A stretch of DNA of 32,000 nucleotides, from positions 1,860,001-1,892,000 of the forward strand of contig NC_009925.1 in NCBI RefSeq assembly GCF_000018105.1. Reading direction: 5' to 3'. Each line of letters begins with the position of its first letter. Within the stretch, counting starts at the first letter, position 1. The notes beneath the pieces are model-generated. The model saw only the letters and a program-made list of their open reading frames with translations. It made no database searches and was not told the DNA's origin. Made by a program: the position numbers and the translations under genes. Positions 1 through 9,700 of the stretch are shown here, piece by piece. This DNA is from Acaryochloris marina MBIC11017. Lineage in GTDB: Bacteria > Cyanobacteriota > Cyanobacteriia > Thermosynechococcales > Thermosynechococcaceae.

Positions 1-506
1 ATTAGCAAAACCGCTAGCCCATGGATAGAGGCCCAAATCAGTCGAACCGCCTGCTCTACGTCATCTCCTTTTAAGGTCTGACGTGCTTGAGCAATCTGGA
101 CAATTTGATATAGAGGACCTGCCGCTTGCTTGGAAATAGCGTGGAGATCGGGATCAGTCACCCGTTCTTTCAAGCTAAACATCATCCGGGCAAGCTCCGT
201 ATACTCTAGCGAGAATTCTAGATAGGCCTTTGCCAATCCTCTGATGCTAGTTAGGGTCTCCTCTTGTTCAGGCTGAGTGGTGGCTTGTAATCGCTGAACC
301 AGCCTTTCAAATCCCCAATGGACCAAGCTAAAACTTAAGGCTTGTTTACCCGCAAAGTGGCGATAAACGGCAGGTTGGCTAACGCCACATTGGCGAGCTA
401 GCTTGCTCAAATTTAAGGCTGATGCGCCCTCGGATTGAATTTGTGCAAGGGCGGCCTCAATCAATGCTTCTCTTAAATGGCCGTGATGATACGGTTCATT
501 GCTCAC
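1..506 (-). CDS. TetR/AcrR-family transcriptional regulator, partial (C-terminus lies left of the window)
   Basis: Absent from the ORF track because it has no stop inside the window. Reverse translation from GTG at 506 (in-frame TAA just upstream at 510-512) reads VSNEPYHHGHLREALIEAALAQIQSEGASALNLSKLARQCGVSQPAVYRHFAGKQAL...WASIHGLAVLL, with no stop down to nt 1. LSKLARQCGVSQPAVYRHF is the classic TetR helix-turn-helix. Confidence 0.8.
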   Translation of the reverse strand, partial: MSNEPYHHGHLREALIEAALAQIQSEGASALNLSKLARQCGVSQPAVYRHFAGKQALSFSLVHWGFERLVQRLQATTQPEQEETLTSIRGLAKAYLEFSLEYTELARMMFSLKERVTDPDLHAISKQAAGPLYQIVQIAQARQTLKGDDVEQAVRLIWASIHGLAVLL

Positions 507-552
507 TAGTTACGGTCGTTGGTTTCTAGCACCAGTGCACTGCGTTATACTT

Positions 553-580
553 TATAACATTGTTATAGATTATAACATTG
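553..580. promoter_or_regulatory. Candidate TetR operator: perfect 7-1-7 palindrome TATAACAtTGTTATA (553-567) plus a second copy of TATAACATTG (571-580)
   Basis: Read directly from the sequence. It lies in the 116-bp divergent spacer between the TetR start (506) and the membrane-protein start (623). Confidence 0.45.
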
Positions 581-622
581 AGATTGAGTCCACTCTAATC
601 ACTGCACTATTCGGAGGCTTGG

Positions 623-1012
623 ATGAAACGCGGATTACAAATCATTTTAGGGATATTAAGCTTAATTCCCTTTATGGTGGCGATACTTGGCCTGACGTCT
701 GGTTTAGGGAGATGGCTACCAGCAGAAGCGATTACGCCAGAGTTTGATAGCCACTATCGCTATATCACCGGTTTTTATATTTCTCTAGGGGTAATCGCTT
801 GGTGGATTATTCCCAATATCGAAAAACATAAGACGGCATTGCGGATTGTGGCGGGTGCAATTTTCGCGGGTGGCGTGGGGCGTGTCATTTCCTTCTGGCA
901 AGTCGGAGCACCGGGTCCACTAACGTTGGTCTTTACAGGTATCGAGTTATGTTTTCCTTTGCTGCTGATCTGGCAGGCTAAACTTCCTCGCCGCCAGTCT
1001 AAGACAGGATAA
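623..1012 (+). CDS. Small integral membrane protein (possibly DUF4345-like; family name from memory)
   Basis: ATG 623 is preceded by GGAGG (613-617). The 129-aa product has four hydrophobic stretches (ILGILSLIPFMVAILGL, FYISLGVIAWWII, IVAGAIFAGGVG, LTLVFTGIELCFPLLLIW). Divergent from the TetR gene. Confidence 0.7.
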   Translation: MKRGLQIILGILSLIPFMVAILGLTSGLGRWLPAEAITPEFDSHYRYITGFYISLGVIAWWIIPNIEKHKTALRIVAGAIFAGGVGRVISFWQVGAPGPLTLVFTGIELCFPLLLIWQAKLPRRQSKTG

Positions 1013-1020
1013 CTAAGAAC

Positions 1021-1587
1021 TTAAGCCGCCTTGAGTAACGTTCTGGCCTGGGTTTCTGTTTGAATAGCGGCGAGGGTACGCTTCAAGGTCTCGCGAAACA
1101 AGAGATGGAAGCTGCCCTCCAGAAAACCTAGATCTGCATCCGCAGAAACGACCTGTTTGACCAATACCTGGGATGTAGCGAGCGGTAAAACTTGCCAATA
1201 GCCCTGTAAATAATTGAGATCGCCTTTCAGCAGGTGAAAGCTCAATTTGCCAGGGGCCATCACCCTATTTTCTGTGCGTACCTTAGATTGCACCTGAGCA
1301 AATAAGATCTGGGAAACATTGGTTTGCTCCACCACGGTTCGTTGAGCGGATGCCTCCAATATCTGGGTTGCGACAACATTGGGAAGAAACTGGGCTAAAT
1401 GCTCAAAATCTGTCAATACTTGCCAAGCGGTTTCAGGCTCACTCTCCATTACAACTTGGGCTACATACTGACCTGCATGACCGGAGACAATGGCTTCTCC
1501 ACACCGTAATGCTTGCTGTTGTAGATCGGACAGCCCTGTTGTCAAAGCATCTAAGGGCTGGCGTGAAGGAAAAGAGGTCTGCATCAT
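1021..1587 (-). CDS. SRPBCC-superfamily protein (polyketide cyclase/dehydrase-like lipid-binding fold)
   Basis: 188-aa ORF starting ATG-ATG. The segment VVMESEPETAWQVLTDFEHLAQFLPNVV...LSFHLLKGDLNYLQGYWQVLPL matches the usual cyclase/dehydrase pattern (W..L.D.....F.P.......G.W.). Confidence 0.7.
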   Translation of the reverse strand: MMQTSFPSRQPLDALTTGLSDLQQQALRCGEAIVSGHAGQYVAQVVMESEPETAWQVLTDFEHLAQFLPNVVATQILEASAQRTVVEQTNVSQILFAQVQSKVRTENRVMAPGKLSFHLLKGDLNYLQGYWQVLPLATSQVLVKQVVSADADLGFLEGSFHLLFRETLKRTLAAIQTETQARTLLKAA

Positions 1588-1770
1588 TCAGGGAGTGAAA
1601 CTATCTGTGAGGCTTAGGCAAAGCATTCTTTACAAAGCATAAAGAAAGTTTGTCTTTGTTGCATAGATTTAGCTCACCGTCAGTATGCCCATCTGCTATC
1701 CGTATTAGCAGCAATCGCCTGCTGATATGCAAACCCGGCTCAAGAAAATTGAAGTATTAAAGCCACATGA

Positions 1771-2370
1771 TCAAGTAAGCACGGCTTCCGGGTGTTCAAT
1801 CTGAGTGCCTAAAACCTGTAAAAACGCAGATAGCCATTTGGGATGAGCAGGCCAAGCCGGTGCGGTGACCAAATTGCCATCAATTAAGGCATCATCCACA
1901 GCCAGATCTACATATTCCCCACCCGCAGCAGCAACTTCTGGGCCACAGGCTGGGTAGGCTGAACAGCGCTTTCCCGCCAAAACACCTGCAGCAGATAGCA
2001 ATTGGGCTCCATGACAAATTGCTGCCAAGGGCTTATTGGTTTGAGCAAAGTGCTGCACGATTTGGATAACTTCGGGGTTAAGGCGCAAATACTCTGGGGC
2101 TCTACCACCTGGAATGACTAGTGCATCGTAATCGGCAGCAGAAACCTCTGCAAAGGTGGCATTCAGCACAAAGTTATGGCCCGGTTTTTCACTGTAGGTT
2201 TGATCGCCTTCAAAGTCATGAATCGCTGTTCTTACGGACTCACCAGATTTCTTATTAGGACAAACCGCATGTACGGTATGACCGACCATTAACAATGCTT
2301 GGAAAGGAACCATGACTTCATAGTCTTCGACAAAGTCACCCACCAGCATCAAGATTTTTTTGCTAGCCAT
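1771..2370 (-). CDS. DJ-1/PfpI-family protein (class-I glutamine-amidotransferase-like protease/glyoxalase)
   Basis: 199 aa. Motifs: [37 protein letters not shown], and the nucleophile-elbow motif [12 protein letters not shown] with the conserved Cys-His. Confidence 0.9.
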   Translation of the reverse strand: MASKKILMLVGDFVEDYEVMVPFQALLMVGHTVHAVCPNKKSGESVRTAIHDFEGDQTYSEKPGHNFVLNATFAEVSAADYDALVIPGGRAPEYLRLNPEVIQIVQHFAQTNKPLAAICHGAQLLSAAGVLAGKRCSAYPACGPEVAAAGGEYVDLAVDDALIDGNLVTAPAWPAHPKWLSAFLQVLGTQIEHPEAVLT

Positions 2371-2750
2371 CGCGATTGGCCCCCATGTTGAAGATATTAT
2401 TCTAAGCTTTGGACTTCTCCTTTGAGAATATCAGCCAAGTTCCCAGAATAGTCATCACAATTGTCTCTGTGAACCACCCCATCTCATAGGATGTTGTATC
2501 TCCCCCACTCAGCAGTTACGCCATCTCAATCACCCGAGGGAGATTGAACGCAACGATAGCTGCACTAATGATTTTCTTGAGTATCTTCATTGAAATTCAC
2601 AATCAATCAAAAAAGCTTCAGGATCTCGGTTAGTTAAACCAATCCCTTCGTCAAGCAACGGTCTAAAAGGCAATCTCTACCTTTTAGAAATATTGCGTTA
2701 TTTCCAAAGAGGACCCAGGTAATTGGGAGCGCAGGACAGCCGATAGCGAC

Positions 2751-3497
2751 CTAGAGCACCATTTCATTTTCTACAGCTGGCGGTGCTATGGGGATATCTG
2801 CACCGGGTTGAGACGATGGTGCATGGGAAGCACCCAAAAAGCGTTCATTGACTAGTTGTTGGAACGTAGCAACCGTTGATTGCCAAAGCTGAATCCGTTC
2901 GATGACATTCTGGACTCGTTTAATCCCCATATCTCCACGCACGGGATAATTAAAATTCCCGGAAAAGACGACTGCAGAAACCGATTGTCCATCTTGCCCT
3001 TTCAATTTGGCTTCGTTAATAGACAGGTTGAGCTGCCCTTGTTCCAGTACATAACTCAGCTGAATTGCCGCTTGAGCAGGCGCTTGGCCAAAGTCTTGCC
3101 AAGCCCCCTGAGCAAACAACTGGTGAAATAGAAACTCATGGGCTCCCCGATGATTGTCGAAGAAAGGGACGAGTCCTCGAGGGTTAACCCCCACCGCCAC
3201 ATAATCGGCATTCGGGAGTTTCTCCGCAAATCTAGCCGCCATCGAATTGATCAAAAATTGAGGCTGATCTTTAGAAGGAGCCACCTGAGCAAACGCCACC
3301 CGATTGGGCTGAGACGTAATGCGAACACCATTATCGTAAGAGATACGTGCACCACTATTCGAAATGACAGGCTGCTGATCGTACTGCCAATCCGAAGGCA
3401 CAATATCGCTGTACTTCAGAAAATCAGGATTGAGGATGGATGGGCTGAGATCTTTAGCGGCAATGATAATACTAATTTCTTGAATCGAAATACTCAT
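2751..3497 (-). CDS. Hypothetical protein, 248 aa (no family confidently recognised)
   Basis: Clean ATG-started ORF with ordinary, non-repetitive amino-acid composition. It lies 210 nt downstream of giant gene 1 on the same strand. The overlapping plus-strand ORFs (2880-3131, 3138-3572) look like antisense artefacts. Confidence 0.65.
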   Translation of the reverse strand: MSISIQEISIIIAAKDLSPSILNPDFLKYSDIVPSDWQYDQQPVISNSGARISYDNGVRITSQPNRVAFAQVAPSKDQPQFLINSMAARFAEKLPNADYVAVGVNPRGLVPFFDNHRGAHEFLFHQLFAQGAWQDFGQAPAQAAIQLSYVLEQGQLNLSINEAKLKGQDGQSVSAVVFSGNFNYPVRGDMGIKRVQNVIERIQLWQSTVATFQQLVNERFLGASHAPSSQPGADIPIAPPAVENEMVL

Positions 3498-3707
3498 GCG
3501 GTCGTCCCCTCACAAACAGAAGTAATGTCAATGGCCTGTCATCGGAGTGATTTACAGGAGTTAAACAAATGACTCTCTAAGCAATAAGATCATCAAGATT
3601 TAACGATATTTCTTTCATAACTACTGCAAAGCCGTTCCTGACAACACCAGAATCATACACCTAACGTATGCTAGGTCATTCAAGGAACAGCTTAATTAAA
3701 CTAGAGC

Positions 3708-6700
3708 CTAGACGGCTGAATAGTCTTGGATAGCTAGATCTGTCAGAGTCACCGTGACCCCTTTCAAAATTAACAGGGTCTGCTCTGAGCCATTCAAGGA
3801 GATGCGAGTATCGCCATCATCGGTTGAGGCGCTAAGTTGACCTAGGGTTAATCCGTCAGCAAGGCCTAAGATATCCTGGTCAACTTCAAAATCGAGGACG
3901 GTATCTTGGCCTTGACCGATTTCAAGGACAAACCAGTCTGCACCAGATCCACCCGACAGATGATCTCGCCCTCGGCCCCCGACTAAGGTATCATCCCCAG
4001 CCCCGCCAAAGAGCTTATCGGCTCCAGGACCACCCGTTAGCAAGTCGTTATCAGCCCCTCCGTAGAGGGTATCTCTACCTCGGCCACCTATCAGGGTGTC
4101 ATCGCCAGCCTCCCCTAGGAGACGATCTCGGCCTCGATTTCCTGCGATCTGATCATTGCCATCACGGCCAAAGAGGGTATCTCGGCCTCTCAAGCCTTTG
4201 ATATCATCTGCTTCAGCTGTTCCTCGCAGGACATCTCGACGGTTGGTGCCCGTAATTTCATTAAAGACAGGCACAACCGCATCAATGACGGTATCGTCCC
4301 TGAAATCGAGATTCTGAATCCGGGTATCTTCGGCAGGAGCGGTTTCTGAGGCAGCAAACGCAGGCGTGGCTGGATCTGCATCTGCAGGGAAGTTCGCAGC
4401 CAGGTACTCCGCTAAGGCATCTTGCTCGGTCCCTGGATCGGCAAAGGTAGCAGCGCCAGGATCCGTGAGCACGTCGGGTAAGTCAATCCGATTGGCCTCG
4501 GGTCCGGTGGGGAAGGGGTAACCATCACCGCCATCGGCTAGGAAATTAAGGGTGACAATGCGGAAGGTGCGGCTGGCATCGCCGACAATGTCTCCATTTT
4601 GGACCACAACATCAAGGTCATTGCCATTCTCATCCGTAATGGCTAAGGATTGCACCCGATCGCCAGCAGGTAAATCTGGATCAAAGCTGAACTGAATCCC
4701 CGCAATTTGGGGGAATTGGCCGGGAGTGGACCCATCAGCCGTTGCTGCCACACTATGCTCAATTACCGCTAACAACTGATCGGCAGTTAAAGTCAGCAGA
4801 GTCAGGCTGTTGTTAAAGCGGAGGGAGTTGTCAATATCGAGCTGAGAGATTTCACCTTCGGCTTTTCCAGAGATGGGGTTGGCCTGGGGCGGTAACTCAT
4901 TGCCGTTGGCATCAATTTCGCCAATGGGGGCTCGAATACCACCCCCGTTTTTCAGGGAAATCACGACGGTATCGTCAAAGGTTTTGGCGGCGGCCAAGTT
5001 GGCATCTGCGGTCAGGTTTCCTAGATTGGTCTCTTCCGTCCGCACACTTTCGCGGCGACCATCGATAAAGACTTCTGAAAGCCCAAAGACATTGCCATCT
5101 TGATCCGCTACCACATCAGAGACGGCATCGGTGAGCTGTTGAACGGCAGTCGCTTTGTCAGAGGATGCGATCGCATCTCCCACATCCGCCGTCCCATAGA
5201 CCGTATTGACGACCTCATCGGTGGTGGCATAGGCTCCACTCACCGCTGGATCCAGACTGTTGGTGAGGATATTGCCATCGGCATCGAAGTCTAATGCCAA
5301 GCGACCCAGATAGCTATATTCCCCATCGGTACTGACCACCAATACGGGATTGCCGCTGGCGTCTGTAGTTTCAAAGGGATAGTCTCCGGCGGCCACATCT
5401 CCGGGGCGGAGGACATCCATCGAGTCTGCCAGGAGGGTATCGGAGCCACCCGCAATAATCACATCAACGCCATCTAGGAGGCCCGCCAGTTCTTGCTCTA
5501 GGGCAAATTGCTGCAGGTGGGACACCAAAATAATTTTGTTAATGCCCAGATTGCGGAGGCGATCCACTTCTGGCTGGAGGATAGCCGCTAAGGCGGCCAT
5601 ATCATTAGTTTGTGGGCCAATTACCGTGGTGCCAGTGGGCGAGGAAATCGTTTCCAGTAACTGTGTCGTGGCCCCCAGTACACCAATCTGCTCACCGCCT
5701 TCTTCAATAATGGTGGATGGGGCAATTTTGGGGGTTGGTGTCCCGGCTAAAGATTGTTCGGGTCCGGTGCGGAAGGCGGTATTGACCAAGATGCCGTTGG
5801 TAAAGACATCACTTAAGTCGGCATCCCCGGAAAAATCGAGATTAGCGGACAGATAGGGGAACAAGGCTCCCACAGACCGATCGTCCCCTAGACCTGGATC
5901 GCGGAAGTCGGGTTCGATAATGCTTTCAAACGTATCTGACCCTAAATCAAATTCGTGGTTACCTACTGCCGAGGCATCAAAACCGATCAGGTTCATGATC
6001 GAGATATCGACACGACCGCCCCCTTCTCGCAAACCAGCATAGAAGTCGTCAATGGCATCGCCATCTAGATCGGCGGGTAAGCCGAACAGGTTGTTGTAGA
6101 GTTCATTGAACAAACCGCTATCGCGAAACGCGGTGCGATCGCCCGCCGCATTGAAGAAGGGACCAGCTAGATAGTTGTCGCCTGCCGACAGGATAACCGT
6201 GTTCTCGAACTCATCTTCAAAGAGGTCCGTTAGGGCCGCAAAGTTGGGGGCGCGACCGATGGCATCCACGCCGCCCTCTAAATCAGAAGCATGGAGAATT
6301 TGCAGGGTAAAGGTGCCGGAGCCGCTGCCGGGACCGCCTCCATTTCCGCCGCTGCCACCGCCATCCTCAAGGGTAAAACGACCCACAATCGGCTCATGGT
6401 CGCTGGCCACGATGGAGTCATCAAAGATGGCCTGACCATCATCTCGAACAAAGTCATTGTTGACATGAACAATATCAAATTCGGCCCCTGCTGCCAGGGC
6501 GTTGGTGGCAAACTGATGATCCAGTACTTGGGCATTGCCATCAAAGATAAAGGTGTAGGCATCATCGGTCTCGACGGCCTGGGGGACCAGACTGGTTAGG
6601 ACTTGTTCATCGCCGACTCCCGGCAAAATCTCTAGCAGATCGTTAGTCGTATCAAAGGTGTTCAGATCCCCCGCCACAATAATATTGGCGTCTGGATTGT

Positions 6701-9700
6701 CCGCTAATTGCGCATCTACAAAATCATTAACGGCTTGGGCCTGGGCTTCTCGGGCGTCTTCTCCAGCCTGGATAAAGGGTTGGGTGGCACCAAAAATCGG
6801 TGAAGACCCAAACCGGGATGAGAAGTGGTTGTTAATGACTTGCACTGTTTGACCGTTAAATTCGAAGTTGGCGGCCAAGGGCGTGCGGCTACCCTCAAAG
6901 GCATCAGGATTGCTGGCCCCTGCGGCGGCTAGCACTTCAGGCGTCAACAACTGCAGAGAGCTGTCATCAATAGAGACGCGGTCAGGGTTATAGAGGAAGG
7001 CATTGCGAATATTGCCACCGGGCTGCCCTCCAAAAGCGCCATCCTCCGGATCAATGGTGCGGAATTCATAGGTGGGGCCACCTGCGGCTGCAATCGCATC
7101 TACGAGCATTTGCAACGTTTGATCGGCAGCCGTCGTACCATCATCGACACTACCCGAGTTATCCTGAATCTCTTGCAAAGCAATGATGTCAGGTGCTTGA
7201 AGATTATTGACAATCTGGGCTGCTAAGCGATCAAACTGACCATTAGCGACATCCGTTGAACCATCCCCATCATTGGGGTCTAGGTTGAGAACGTTGTAGC
7301 TAGCCACCGTTAATTGGGTATCGGTGCCGACCAAGGTCGTGATTTCTGGCTCTAAGCCACTGGGAGTGGGGGTAAAGGCTTCAGTGACATTGACTTCAAA
7401 ATTGCCAAAGCTGTAGCCGACGACTCCGGTGACATCGCCGGGCTGATCGCCAACATTGAGACCAGGGGGTTCAAAGCCATCGGGGAGAAGATCCGGGTCA
7501 AACTGGATTTGAATCCGCTCAGGGTTTTGATCGCCCGTATTATTGGGTCCCGAGACCAGATTAAGGGTACCGCGATCGGTGAGGGCATCATCAGGAGAAA
7601 CATTTGCCCCCTGATTCGGGAGGGTAAAGGCTTCTGCCGAAAACCGGTTAAAGACCCGAGTCGGCGAGATCGCCACGGCATCTTCCACGGTGACCCGCAT
7701 GCCTTCAAGGCTTTCGAAGAAGTCAATGGCATCGTTCTCTGGATCGTACTCACCTGGATCCATTTGCAGATTCACGGGCAGCTCATCCGCGCTAATCACC
7801 GTATCGTTGGAGGGCAGACGGCCGTTCTCACCCAACACGGTGGCAGTGGGCAGCGCATTACCACTCGATAAGACTTCCACCGCATCCACACTCAGCTGTG
7901 TAATCGATAAGTTATTGGTGGAGGCCCCGCCAGGAATCAACTCTGACACCTGCCCCGTCAGTTCCAGTTCATCGCCAATATTGACGGTAGGGGCACTGCC
8001 CGTAAACACAAAAATGCCGTCGGAAGTGCGGTCATTACCGTCTCCAGCGGCATCTTGTAGGTAAAATCCATTGAAGTCAACGGCGGTAACGATGCCCGTG
8101 GTGGTAACCGTTTCTCCCTCGAATTCCGACAGATGGCCTTCACCCTGGATATCGAAGATCTTGACTTCAGGAATAAACTCGTAAACGGCGACGGTCTCGC
8201 TCTCTTCATTCGTGACCACCAGTAAGCTCTTGCCGTTAGGGCTGTCATCCGTACTAATAAAGGTCAATCCTTCTGGGGCAATATCGGCATCATCGCGGAT
8301 ATATTGCAGGAATTCTGGAGTAGTCGGATTGGTTACGTCATAGACCAGTACACCGCCCCCGGCTCGTTCTAGACCAATAAAAGCATAGGTACGGTTGCCC
8401 ACCTGACCGATGGTAACGGCTTCTGGCTCTGCCCCTTTGTTATCGGAGCGACTATCAAACTCAGCAGGGTCGCCATCATCGGCGTTGAATAGTTCTGGGG
8501 CTAGTTCCGCCGTAATTCTGGCGATTTGATCACCACTGTCGAATACTTGGTTGCCAACTTCATCCCAAATGCTAAAGGAGCGGCCCCCATAGGAAAACAG
8601 CTGGTCAAAGTCGCCATCGCCATCAATATCGCCGTCGATGGTGGAAACTTGCAGCCGCCCTAACTGATCTTCCTGTTGTAAGGTCGCTGCATCCGGGAAG
8701 GCAGTTGGATCGAGGGTTAGGTCGGCAATACGCGCATCTTCATCGCGGGCATCCCCTTCATTGGCAGTGATGTAGTAGGTTTTGCCGTCAATGGCGAAGG
8801 ATGCGATCGCATCCGGTTGATACAACCCAAACACTGGATGATTCTGCAGATTGATACCGCCATCGCGATCGCTCGGATCTAGCGTATTCCCCTCTCCAAA
8901 CTGAATAAAGCCCAGGGTGATGGGGGCTGGATCAGGATCTAGGAGAACACTGCCATCTAAGGGGATTTCACCGCCTGCTAAGGCAAAGTCATTATCATTC
9001 AGGACCACCAAGGTGCCATCGGGGAGTAAGGCTAAGCCTTCCGGTTTATCCCCCGCCAAATATCCGAGGGAGGGTAAATTGGTGGTTTTGATTTTGTTGA
9101 CGGGCTGAATACCAGCGGCAACTAAGGCATCTGCAGATTGCTGCTCTAGGGTGCCATTTTCAAAAATGCCAACTTCATCCTCATCGAGAGTGAGTAAATT
9201 GGTTGCAGCAGAGATATCGATCTCGAAGATAAACTTCTTGGCGGTATCACCCACGGCGAAATCCCGCTCAATCACATAGAATTTGCCATCCCCGGCAAAC
9301 ACGGCGTCCCCGATTTTGTCCACTCGCCCCCCGGAGCGCACTGCTGGGTCTTCCAAGAGATAAACGTATTCAGCGACGGGCTCACCCGTAGTTGTATCAA
9401 TCCCCAAGATGCGGATCACATCAGAATTATCAGAGGCGGCCCGATCAGGATTGGCCAGCGGGGTTTGGATAAAGGCATACAAGATACCGGTTTCATCATC
9501 TAGCGCGACGGCTTCAAACCCGCGATTTCGGCGGCGATTGATATATTCTGCGGGTAAGGTTTCCGTGCCAAAGGTGGCGGTCTCATTCTCCTGATCGTCC
9601 CCGCCGCCTGTCCCGGCCTGGGCTGCAGTCCCTTCGGGCACATACCGATTGAGCAGTACCCCTTCTGGTGAGAACTGGTAAATTGCCGGACGATACTCAT

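Noticed and set aside
499-747. 82-aa TTG-started ORF spanning the TetR start, the operator and the membrane-protein start
   Set aside because: It overlaps two better-supported genes and the regulatory spacer, has no SD, and its translation is not protein-like.
2516-2590. 24-codon minus-strand ORF (MKILKKIISAAIVAFNLPRVIEMA), followed in frame after a TAA by ..[26 protein letters not shown]. Considered as a small membrane protein or a stop-interrupted pseudogene.
   Set aside because: Too short to evaluate without homology or expression data. No SD.
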